Assembly (NCBI GenBank): GCA_021152555.1
Contig: JAGKVE010000008.1
Span: 702 to 64,701, forward strand
Direction: 5' to 3'
Origin: Bacteroidia bacterium
GTDB lineage: Bacteria; Bacteroidota; Bacteroidia; Bacteroidales; Paludibacteraceae
DNA: 64,000 bases
In this document: in pieces, positions 47,901 through 53,054 of the stretch
How the letters are laid out: each line of letters begins with the position of its first letter
Numbering within the stretch: position 1 is the first letter of the stretch
Program-made: the position numbers and the translations under genes
The notes under the pieces: model-generated
Databases searched by the model: none
Told to the model about the DNA's origin: nothing
What the model saw: only the letters and a program-made list of their open reading frames with translations

Positions 47901-48351
47901 TGTACGAACTGCCGTAACAGATGGTCGTGTCGAAAACCGAATAGAAGGCCTCTGTGGACACGCGTTCTGTCACTGTCAGCGTGAAGATACTGTCACAGCC
48001 GTCAACCGATTTGTACGTACGGACATACTTACCAGGTTTGCGGATTGTGCGGCCGCGCCATACAAAGGTCTGCCCCGCCTCTATCTCACGGCTTTCCGTC
48101 TGACTGTAAGACGGGCGGAGATTGACAATATACACGTAGATACTGTCAGCACTCGGAGACGCCACTTTGATGGTGTCGCGGATGATTGTGTCTTGGAATA
48201 CTTTGGTAACGCCGTCGAACGATATCGTGTCGCCAGGACAGAGGTTGTAATGTCGCGTGGAGATAATACCGTTGGCTGCGTAGCCGGTTAACGCAGCGCA
48301 TAATAACAAAGCGCTGCTTAAAAAGCGTACTATGTGTTTTTGCATCTTCAT
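35980..48351 (-). CDS. giant (~4,120 aa) modular cell-surface protein with a T9SS type-A C-terminal sorting domain
   Basis: Single uninterrupted ORF with a signal peptide (SALLLCAALTGYA). Tens of ~52-55-aa modules (C-x-G-[DES]-x-[YF]-x-W-x-G ... G-C-D-S-[IV]-x3-L-x-L-x-V, alternating with ...D-S-I-Y-x-L-x-L-T-V). The last ~80 aa (...GEYEVYSSTGALISTGKMEEGATQVTLPSVSGIYFIRAYQGTKASSHKVLIY) fit a Por_Secre_tail. Start set at ATG 48351; the ORF track starts at TTG 48366. Confidence 0.85.
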   Translation of the reverse strand: MKMQKHIVRFLSSALLLCAALTGYAANGIISTRHYNLCPGDTISFDGVTKVFQDTIIRDTIKVASPSADSIYVYIVNLRPSYSQTESREIEAGQTFVWRGRTIRKPGKYVRTYKSVDGCDSIFTLTVTERVSTEAFYSVFDTTICYGSSYTWPADGNTYSLSDTVYHLKPGTSGARDSIYVLHLTVVPRFNKTERIEVDAFPFTHRGKTFSAPGTQTVTYTSSTGCDSTYTIIVNQRHIIDEQDALICRGSYYEWQGQRYTESSTYTVVKGDTTHILHLTVKNTPTTYLNKTICEGFSYSVGGKQYTQTSTYRDTFQVSGCDSIVVLSLIASKPDTSVTVRTIQAGESFTWDVTGKSYSTAGVYDHRRQDANGCDAVERLILTTQHVDTIEHTATICPGDSLVWNGIVGYTTRDYTKYVDMPNGDKRLYILHLTAKRLVVIDKQLTFCSGTTATFNGKEYSEPGMYEDYYTCDTLYQVNVTRQPSTTYITNATFDGKSTYNWDVNGTTYPQTKAGIYEQTVPNSVTGCNDIYRLVLTVDSAEYHFDEERTLCENDVIEWHGQTIRGNEHTGTYDYTDSYVTKAGKDSVYTLHVTFNKISRSSEHVEFFSFPASYRGITIPNAGRYYDTVANTLGCDSVIEIVAVQRTTLDIEEKTICAGDSYEWRGQQYSIAGQYNETEKTKNGRYDSIYHRLVLTVLPAIIGGSRDTTICRGNYTVFGGKQLTERGIYYDTLIAINGCDSIISLRLNIAETPISTQVFRRDEGEKFTWNVTGKEYTTPMTVDTMMTSAFGCDSIVRLVLTANHVDTVDTTATICSGDYLEWHGTRYYTQGQYENVESQANGDKIVFRLHLTVAGQTKEMVEKHFSLCAGETVSFNGKTYSTAGTYEEPYSCDTTFRIIVTQNPSQTYITQATFNGDNAYTWRLMIDGTAKDTVINKAGTYSHLEYNPTTGCNDIYRLILTVDSSSYHFEHTASMCANDSYTWPVNGTTYANLAPGIYDYYKEMKTVSGKDSIYHLTLTVHPIVRTSETVEFFSFPASYRGYSFNEGEAHDFIFKTANGCDSIVTIIANKRDLIDEERVTICWGDYYDWRGKRYTTSGTYQEIEQTADGYTDSIYHRLVLTVTEYPTTYIQKTICRGSSITFGGTTYTEPGVYPYTYLQNGCDSTVVLTLNVVDADTVLVAPHLQDGTTEYTWDINGKTYAVPGIYDTVMTNRSGCDSIVRLVLYTDYVDTVDTTATICPGEILYWHGITGRETKTYERIETQGGQKVLYRLHLTVLTAYELPQTLTVCDGETVSFNGKTYSEAGTYFDRYSCDTTYRITVIKNPTEVHVTNATWDGKGAYTWIYTHEGQQETVSINAAGTYNKYHDNSQTGCKETYRLILTLNDTKYHFVETMTVCEGDEYAWHGMSNLSRQNVGKTTSYYDRYQTITGQDSIYELQLTVLAASRSSRSLTFCDKMDWKGVTYTNSAAVYDTLRNAEGCDSIVTLYLDKMPSYYFHDTATITQGEILLWHGLSINTEGLFRDQHTTINGCDSTYEIGVGMIPATPHSNTYTTIKEICDGDIFTWRDKDYSTSGTYIDSIQSTPTTPDSIFILKLTVWPESKDTFVYHLYACSGDGVVRYNGESYTKDTAVIATLPTLHGCDSIIKTFIHFNTASFQSDTLHIADNDTTRIWHDQKVNHAGTYRYEEQVDGGCYNREELIVYTYPTYTFTKDTAICQNEAPYKWLDGPQDPDKLAIEYSHPAGETKTYEHKYTTVNGFDSIFRLTLTIYPIYELHQQVHICEGEAYEINGKRYFNLVPDSVYRDTTLLRSSNSCDSLVYTEIYQYPTKRHIETVILKAGETITWKGQTITRGGSYTDVQQSVLTGCDSISELRVIQELGDERILCSNDTGKDVHPDKKYPLVWEHPQLQGTPRTLYTSGTYRDTIYDAEGNITDIYRMDLTVVHPYDTTVYIHGCVNKGALWRDSLYFKDTTFIDRVEVIPHTHTQPCDSVFHVHIIVDTVYTYNVIDTVCEHELPYILGRQTPAELWAEGFYTHTDTTACGCDSTINLTLRIIPSLTKTDSTFRCEDDIAVNPVVLGNLTNPTFAAANGGQFAGEWQGKWLGIPYNHDTIVYNCDSSYYHHIIVRPRQKLPKDTTVYLCEGDSVQLFWPKTIWVKKDTVYYDTVQTYSPWVDTHHQATMYNYTHNDRSYLCDSITKWTVKFVHPEEKDTTAHILLGDSIWWGGAWRYYSNDYDSIGPANEKNSDSIPCKLTYTLHLIVDTAYLYRDTINVCAKSQQQLNHTWKDGYVSTFNAGRNDSTFHVIDTLVTYNRRDSIYDLFVTTRIIRDTVLYDTICEDTRLRFDTLRATQERWLTKNGIYHDTLTALNGCDSIVTLYLFVRPRVVTKPKEVSITDRELPYLWSHNWPAHPTDTVDTLQASGLYTFLMPSTNGCDSIDSLYLRVHKTHVFCDTISVCAKAKETLKHTWETGYTQTFTAPNADGDVHYYDTLNTRIKLDSIYDLYVHYHEITVTYLDSSICGGDSIRFGLTKSNRPRFLSKSGTYQDTLTRIVNGCDSIIILRLNAFPKLLTHKTVHLPDSTKPYPWKHVWKENGIAKDSTQMLYATGEYHFSMPSRYGCDSIDSLSLYFYNTYMIQEDTITICHDQTPYTWQNRDDITESDTYTYYTQTKDGYDSIRTVYINVLPILNTTIIDTLCDGDSIRFGLSRLNKPRFLKNQGVYYDTLTSIQYGCDSIITLQLNVFPKYLKHRTVDIADVDTPYVWQHKQGGVLLGSETLRASGEYSYRFVTPTGCDSIDSLSLRIHPTYFFRDTVTICTSETPYTWYNADSTVVFKEGIYTTDTYVKHLQTHDGYDSTYVRYVNVLPVKNTTIRDSICEKDGNFYTFKGQNLSVGGTYRDTLRAANGCDSVVTLILTVNKPYYNYREEHIVEGQVFKYNGEDITKDTIITRKGLTPSGCDSTTVLKVILHPAVDTVVTVCKYDLPYRWVNKWNGQETLLRAAGIYRNDTTYINGERMYYGLQLIVNEPKFTTVYDSICESDRNFYTFGGQDLKVGGTYRDTLTATNGCDSIVTLVLKVNKPYYNYREEHIVEGQVFIYNGERISKDTIITRKGLTPSGCDSTTIVKVILHPAVDTVVTVCDYELPYRWVNKWNGQVTPLYSAGIYRNDTTYVNGVRMYYGLQLVVNQPKDTTIHRTICSDSYYQFKGQNLNAQGEYRDTLVAANGCDSIVKLHLNVIPVSFQREEKTIFEGDSILFYGTYYKTAGTYTHRVDNGNQCYNTHEMVLSVLKVINTDTTAIICDHDLPFIWHGIPYNAEGDYELRTVWNDSARVIKTLNLVVNKTKRSERTIDLCQGNTFTYKGKVYRENTIFSDTIPSVAGCDSIIRYVIRVHPTFNRTDTVHISDKQNYIFNGRTLTKPGDYVFSDTTIYGCDSIHHLHLEVHPSYFFFDSVDLCKPDTLHWHGHIISESGLYKDSLLTTRYGFDSVYHLVVNIHESYFLKEKYEIVPGYNTKIHGIDISVPGVYYDTLTSIHGCDSIYQIVVNSKRVVELRRKADICRGSYYDFYGEKLTFAGTYSHTTEHGDSIIYLDLTVRPASVTIAPTAYVSADELPYFRDGRMYTKGDTVYSDTLRNQFFCDSVVRFQIVIAKHLSPWYPMPLCPGSEIKIDGTTITQAGLYTFPRRSKISGAMDSLYRVEVYDSPAYDLPTERWAICDGDTMQFAGKSITRAGHYDFTLKTVDGCDSILHLDLTVNPSYHFYENATIADYESYNWNGRTYTETGIYDRTWPTVLDCDSTYTLRLTVVETQRPATEDVIICAGQAYTWRGKIYDVEGYYTDTVRQLEANISAIYSLQLSIAHPTNITSARTSEVCADDEGFDIVFEYAGQRPTHYSVYFDALAKREGFADVINEPFKEDMIAHVTLPQYASVVYQDHPYYVRPDYYTMRLVLDNGVCGLSRSDSIKLLVKYPSWIIEQNWGDVVAPLKAEYNGGFEFAQTEWLVNDVLQTNTGSGYLFNKELHAGDQVVMRAMRMGENYFVPSCPLTIVEPAQDVYTNPIIVYPTQTPRQLPVVTIEAQLQGEYEVYSSTGALISTGKMEEGATQVTLPSVSGIYFIRAYQGTKASSHKVLIY
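38821..39780. repeat. exact-period 480-nt tandem duplication (3 modules, 160 aa) inside the giant gene
   Basis: Lines 38821 and 39301 align base for base (4 mismatches in the first 60 nt, 12 in the next 60 nt by eye). At protein level, ...SICEKDGNFYTFKGQNL...GLQLIVNEPK is followed by ...SICESDRNFYTFGGQDL...GLQLVVNQPK. Confidence 0.85.
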
Positions 48352-48372
48352 ATTCGTATTTTTCAAAGTGTG

Positions 48373-48529
48373 CTCGAGTCGTTATCGAGCCGTTATCGAG
48401 TCGTTATCGAGTCAATATCGAGCCGTTATCGAGAGATAATCACTTTTTGCTTTTGACTTTTGACTTTCGACTTTTGACTTTCTTCTTTCAACTTTCCACT
48501 TCTCTCAACTCTAAACTTTCAACTCTCAA
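48373..48529 (-). repeat. leader of the giant gene made entirely of arrays: 11-nt TCGATAACGRC x5, then 7-nt GAAAGTY/GTCAAAA-type units
   Basis: On the minus strand, 48441->48373 reads GATTATCTC TCGATAACGGC TCGATATTGAC TCGATAACGAC TCGATAACGGC TCGATAACGAC TCGAG. 48442-48529 is about twelve 7-nt units (plus strand GACTTTT GACTTTC ... AACTCTC AAC). Confidence 0.9.
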
Positions 48530-49492
48530 CTAATTATAGCACATACACCCATGGTGGAAGCCGACGCGTGCTGTGCGGCTGCCGCCAATCATGTAGGTCA
48601 ACTTGACGCCCGTGAAGAACGGTACTGTACGTGCAGGTTGGGCGAAAGTGTTGATATGTGGGTTGATTTGTATCTTGGTAGCGTCCCATTTACCGGGCTC
48701 TACTTCCGTTGTCAGACGGGTCTTCCATGTCTCCCCTTCGCGTTCGCGTAATTGGTTGTTCAGACCGTATTCGAAATAGAATGCTACTTTGAGTACATGG
48801 CATAAACGGCTGCTCGTTGGTAATGAAGAGAGCAGGTCATATCCAATCTCGCCTATCAGCGAGGCGCCTACGTTAAGGTTCACTTTGCTGTTCCCCTCGT
48901 ACGGATAATCAGTGTACCCGTGTTCCGGCATGTTCTCAAAGGTAGTCTGGTAGAAATGATTGGTTGCACTCAGGTTATATACGCCCTTCGTGTGTACGTT
49001 CGGGTTGAGCGCATAGCTCACTTTCACTCCGGCGCCGACATGAAATCCGCGTACATAGTAACCTAACAGCACGGGGATATCGATATAGTTCCACTCCATA
49101 TTATCTATTTGGTTGACGCGGTAATGGAAAGTATTAGGTTTGTTCTGCGTGTCCAGCCCGTCGTGGTCGTCAATATACTCGCTTACCTCGAGTGACGAAC
49201 GGTGAAAACTCATCTGTACGCCCACACTCGTCCATAAACCGCTGTTACGGAACTCATAGCCCAGTCCAATTGAACCGCCAGCCTTGCCGTGAGGCATTGC
49301 GTTCGGAAGGCTCGTCTGCAGCATCGAGTAACCTACACTGCCGCTTATGTAACCAAAGTGGAAATCATCGCCGTCTTCAAACGCGCTGTGTCGTCTAAGC
49401 CATGATTGGGATTGAACACCTGAAACCAGTAATAGCATGAGCGCTATCATCAGCAGTTTCTGACTTGCCGGCCTTGAAAAAATGTATCTCAT
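48530..49492 (-). CDS. outer membrane beta-barrel protein (PF13568-like by eye), co-oriented upstream partner of the giant gene
   Basis: Signal peptide (LMIALMLLLVSGVQSQ). Alternating hydrophobic/aromatic beta-strand pattern with Gly/Tyr-rich strands. 163 nt upstream of the giant ORF on the same strand. Confidence 0.55.
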   Translation of the reverse strand: MRYIFSRPASQKLLMIALMLLLVSGVQSQSWLRRHSAFEDGDDFHFGYISGSVGYSMLQTSLPNAMPHGKAGGSIGLGYEFRNSGLWTSVGVQMSFHRSSLEVSEYIDDHDGLDTQNKPNTFHYRVNQIDNMEWNYIDIPVLLGYYVRGFHVGAGVKVSYALNPNVHTKGVYNLSATNHFYQTTFENMPEHGYTDYPYEGNSKVNLNVGASLIGEIGYDLLSSLPTSSRLCHVLKVAFYFEYGLNNQLREREGETWKTRLTTEVEPGKWDATKIQINPHINTFAQPARTVPFFTGVKLTYMIGGSRTARVGFHHGCMCYN

Positions 49493-49577
49493 AGTACACT
49501 ATTGTTTTCTTTAATATTAATTATAATTACGCGCAGGGCGCGTGCATTCCGTACGCACATACGTGCTAATTAGGGCG

Positions 49578-49610
49578 CAAAGATACAATAAAAATTCCAT
49601 ATATAAAAAT
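49578..49610 (-). promoter_or_regulatory. candidate promoter of the OMP-giant unit (TATCTTTG = complement of 49578-49585)
   Basis: -7 box 86 nt upstream of the OMP ATG. The -33 element is not obvious. Confidence 0.4.
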
Positions 49611-49696
49611 TTTTTGTATGAAAAGTATAAAAAAAACTGATTTTTTACACAATAAAATATAGAATTATACTTTTTTTTGAAAAAAATGCAGAAATA

Positions 49697-49728
49697 TTTG
49701 GTCATATAAAAAAAAAGCAGTACCTTTG
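49697..49728 (+). promoter_or_regulatory. Bacteroidota-type promoter of the truncated tRNA-His cassette (TTTG 49697-49700, N20, TACCTTTG 49721-49728)
   Basis: Nearly the same sequence as the promoter at 58034-58065 (ATTTGGTCAT.T.AAAAAAAAG..GTACCTTTGCA.CCGCTTTT). Confidence 0.6.
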
Positions 49729-49817
49729 CACCCGCTTTTAGGAAATGACGATAAATCGTACTTCGTATATCGTCAAATCGTAAATGCGCGTCGCGACCTT
49801 TGAGGTCGCTCGCTTAT

Positions 49818-49872
49818 GGTGGTCTTAGCTCAGTTGGCAGAGCATCGGATTGTGGTTCCGAATGTCGTGGGG
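49818..49872 (+). pseudogene. tRNA-His (GUG) gene fragment: G-1, acceptor 5' strand, D arm, anticodon arm and variable loop only
   Basis: GGTGGTCTTAGCTCAGTTGGCAGAGCATCGGATTGTGGTTCCGAATGTCGTGGG matches the copy at 58092 except for a few substitutions. After GTGGG there is no T loop or acceptor 3' strand (GAGCTTAAGACGAAAACTC). Confidence 0.65.
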
Positions 49873-49938
49873 AGCTTAAGACGAAAACTCTAATCCGTTG
49901 TAACTGAATAAGTTACGGCGGATTTTCGGTTAAAGTGG

Positions 49939-49954
49939 CCCGAAAATGTCCCGA
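49939..49954 (+). other. 16-nt motif CCCGAAAATGTCCCGA shared (15/16) with 58211-58226; candidate recombinase arm-type site
   Basis: Same position relative to both tRNA-His cassettes, 45-47 nt past the real or virtual tRNA 3' end and preceded in both cases by a hairpin. An inverted TCCCGAA/TTCGGGA pair follows at 49950-49977. Confidence 0.4.
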
Positions 49955-50051
49955 AAATTCATTCAAAAAATTCGGGAAATAAATCGAACAAAAGCACTAA
50001 AATATCTGGCATCGTAACTCTGTTTTCAGCAAAGAAAATGGAGAAAAAAAA

Positions 50052-51212
50052 ATGTCAACTCTTAGTCAATTTTCACCGCTCTTTGCGGGCTATGCCCCAG
50101 CGGTAGTGAAACACATTGCGACCGGATGGTTTATCGAGTATTACGTAACCAATCCTTTCACCCAAACATTAGAGCGTCGCAAGTTCCGATTAAACAATCT
50201 GCGCAAGCGTTGTCGTACTGCAATGGAGTTCAGAGTGCAGGCGAACACAATCTGTAGCCAACTCAATGTGAAGCTGGCTAACGGATGGAATCCTTTTAAC
50301 GAGGATGTCAAAACGGAGAACCCGGGCGCAGTACCTATTAAGATTGTTTACGAGCAGTATTTCCGTGACGTGGAAAAAGATCTTCGTCCTGATACTCTAC
50401 GCGGTTATAAGGCATTCAGCCGTAGGCTTCTTGAGTGGTGTGATAAGAGAAGCCCGGATATGCTGTTAAAGGACTTCTCTGATGTAATGGCTGTCCGCTA
50501 TCTGGACGAGCAGCGCCAAAAGAACAATTGGGTAAATGCCACCTTTAACAATAACCTTGTGAGCGCCCAAGCATTCTTTACTTGGTGCGTGAAGAAGAAG
50601 TTCATCGAGAAGAACCCATTCTACGGTATTTCCAAGAAGAAGAAAGAAGCCAAGAAGCGTACCATAATTAACGCAGACGCACGTGCTATCATGCGTGAAT
50701 GGTTTATGAATAATAATCCGGGTTATCTGCTCATCTGTGAGTTGGTGTTCCAATCGCTGATCCGTCCGACCGAAATCAGCAAACTGCGCGTGAGCGACGT
50801 TGATTTGGAGCACAAAGTAATTCACTTGGATGGCAGTATAACCAAGACAAAGTACTCGCGTAAAGCCGTGTTGAGCGACGAACTGATTGAGATACTTGGA
50901 CGTAACATCCAAGGAGCGAACCAAGATGATTACCTCATCAGTAACGGCTACCTGCCCGGCAAAGAGCCTATCAGTTCCCGCATGTATCGCAAGACGTGGG
51001 ACAAAATGCGTAAGCAGTGCCACCTCCCGGACACCATGCAGCTCTACTCCCTCCGTGATACGGGTATTATCAGCCTGTTTGATAATGGAGCAGACGCAAA
51101 TACTGTCAAGGGAGCAGCAGACCACCACAACCTCAACATTACGTCCATCTACTGTGACCACGTGGATGACAACCTTGTTGAGAAAGTCCGCAAGCACTCG
51201 GCTAAGTTCTAA
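50052..51212 (+). CDS. tyrosine-type site-specific integrase
   Basis: SAM-like N-domain (DTLRGYKAFSRRLLEW). Catalytic domain with LIRPTEISKLRVSDVD, LYSLRDTGII, and GAADHHNLNITSIYCDH (His and Tyr). Confidence 0.9.
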   Translation: MSTLSQFSPLFAGYAPAVVKHIATGWFIEYYVTNPFTQTLERRKFRLNNLRKRCRTAMEFRVQANTICSQLNVKLANGWNPFNEDVKTENPGAVPIKIVYEQYFRDVEKDLRPDTLRGYKAFSRRLLEWCDKRSPDMLLKDFSDVMAVRYLDEQRQKNNWVNATFNNNLVSAQAFFTWCVKKKFIEKNPFYGISKKKKEAKKRTIINADARAIMREWFMNNNPGYLLICELVFQSLIRPTEISKLRVSDVDLEHKVIHLDGSITKTKYSRKAVLSDELIEILGRNIQGANQDDYLISNGYLPGKEPISSRMYRKTWDKMRKQCHLPDTMQLYSLRDTGIISLFDNGADANTVKGAADHHNLNITSIYCDHVDDNLVEKVRKHSAKF

Positions 51213-51230
51213 GAGATTGGCGGTCGGGGA

Positions 51231-53054
51231 TTAGTCCTCGACCAGCCAAAACTCTCCTTTCATCAGTTCTGACATCCCATCTTCCGTGAAGGTAGCGGTT
51301 ATCTTCTCACAGATATACCGCTGCCCATGGATGACGAACAGCGAACGAACATTCGGGATATCTTTCGCAAGGAACTTGAACTTGTATTTCTTATTGGATG
51401 CTATGCGGTGCGTATTGGCATTTGATCCGAACAAGTTAGAGCGCAGGCGCATACTCAAGCCTGTCAGCTCAAAGTCCATCTCACGCGGGTACGTCAGCAC
51501 ATTGTCAATCACCGGAAACAACAACTTCCCGCGCATAGCATTATGGGTGCTACCCGTCCAGAAGCCCATATATAACTTGTCAAAGTACTCTACCGACCTT
51601 TCACTTTCGCCTGCTGATAGCTTCTTATCGGCATAGTCCCATGGTATCGTATTATTGGCACCGTTCAGGTACTCGCCACATTCCAAGAAGAAGGCATTGC
51701 CTTTGAAGTTGCCGTCAGCGTATGCTTCATCGATCCATACCGGGACAATCTTCATCTCAATCGTCTCTGCATTCTCATCGACGATAGAGTCACCAAACAT
51801 ATTGACCGGCTCCAAGGTGTTCAGATAGCGGGTATTGCCGGACAAATTAGCAGGCTGATTAGGGTCAACCAAATACGAGCCATAGTTGCGCAATACAAAG
51901 TATGTATCTTCATTCCGGCAATAGTAGAGATAGCTTGGACTCCAGCCGTTGTATTCCTCCTGCACATAGTCCGCTGCACCTCTCATTTCTATATAGAGAC
52001 GCTGCGCACCATTTACTTCCTTGTAGAATTTGCCATTATTATACGTGCCCAAACTATAGGACAAAATAACGTCCTGCGTTTTCATCATATCAACGAACCA
52101 TTTGCAGGAATAGTATTTCCATTTCCGGTGGTTACACTCTGCAAATTTGAGGTTGACGTATTCCCTGTATTTACAAGAACCAGCATCCTCCACGGTTGAG
52201 GAGAACTCGTCCACGATGTTCGTTAACTCAACTGTACCCGCCGAAGCAATCGCTTCCGTAGAGAAACGGAATGATATATGCTTCGAAACATGATCGATGT
52301 CGAACTCTCCATTGAGGAAATATTCCAATTGCTCAAACAGCTCTGTGAGCGTCCAGTGCGGCAAAGCCGTTGCCCAGTTGAAACACTTCCACGCATATGG
52401 GAGCGTATTGCATACGATAAGGTAGCGATATTGACTATCCATCAGCTTTGAGAAATCATACGAATAACCGACCGCGTTGCAGATCTGCTCAAGGAGATAA
52501 ATGAGATACGGCTGGAACGACAGTCCACGCGTATCGTAATACCACGACGAAGGCCAGTTGTCTGTATCGTTGGTGCGGTTCTGAAGGTTGCCGGTGGAGT
52601 TATTGACCCACGGCAAAGCAAGATAATTAAGCCCATTACTTATGCTATGCGCTATGTGCGAATTAGCAGGAAACGAGGACGGCGAAGTGTCAGGATAGCC
52701 CAAGTCCATTTCATTGATATAGATGATATCGAAATCGTCGGCATAGTTCGAGACGGACTTGCCTTCAAGGAACTGCGTCTTAACCTCAATATCGCTTATC
52801 TCCGTGATAGTGATAGAGCCATGACGATAGAATAATCCATTCCTAATCTCACAGTCAAAAAGCAGTTTCTGCGCCACTACGTCCTTGCGGTTTATATGCC
52901 CGAAAATAGCTAAGTTTTCAGGACATCCGGCAAGCGGGAACGTAATTGACAAGGAATAACTGTCAGCACCGGAGAAATACCGATTTTCGCTAACGAAATC
53001 GAACGACGTGCCTTTCTTGAGCACGGCTAATTTATTGTCCACATATATCTCCAT
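51231..53054 (-). CDS. phage tail protein of unknown family (gene immediately after the tape measure; distal-tail/tip position)
   Basis: 607-aa ORF whose start shares nt 53054 with the TMP stop. Assigned by position only. Confidence 0.45.
   Translation of the reverse strand: MEIYVDNKLAVLKKGTSFDFVSENRYFSGADSYSLSITFPLAGCPENLAIFGHINRKDVVAQKLLFDCEIRNGLFYRHGSITITEISDIEVKTQFLEGKSVSNYADDFDIIYINEMDLGYPDTSPSSFPANSHIAHSISNGLNYLALPWVNNSTGNLQNRTNDTDNWPSSWYYDTRGLSFQPYLIYLLEQICNAVGYSYDFSKLMDSQYRYLIVCNTLPYAWKCFNWATALPHWTLTELFEQLEYFLNGEFDIDHVSKHISFRFSTEAIASAGTVELTNIVDEFSSTVEDAGSCKYREYVNLKFAECNHRKWKYYSCKWFVDMMKTQDVILSYSLGTYNNGKFYKEVNGAQRLYIEMRGAADYVQEEYNGWSPSYLYYCRNEDTYFVLRNYGSYLVDPNQPANLSGNTRYLNTLEPVNMFGDSIVDENAETIEMKIVPVWIDEAYADGNFKGNAFFLECGEYLNGANNTIPWDYADKKLSAGESERSVEYFDKLYMGFWTGSTHNAMRGKLLFPVIDNVLTYPREMDFELTGLSMRLRSNLFGSNANTHRIASNKKYKFKFLAKDIPNVRSLFVIHGQRYICEKITATFTEDGMSELMKGEFWLVED

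Noticed and set aside
6177-48441. Inverted copies of the TCGATAACGAC array as end points of a 42-kb invertible segment
   Set aside because: The copies are only about 65-80 nt and degenerate, no recombinase is adjacent, and gene order and operon structure on both sides look native. Orientation toward the downstream gene explains the inversion more simply.
49521-49575. Weak similarity between 49521-49575 (…CGTGCATTCCGTACGCACATACGTGC…) and 58243-58290 (…CGTGCATAAGCGCGAGCCTATACACATGCGTACGTG…) as possible outer att repeats
   Set aside because: Both are alternating purine-pyrimidine, low-information sequences. The alignment needs several gaps and I cannot judge its significance by eye. It is worth a computed alignment but is not reported as a feature.
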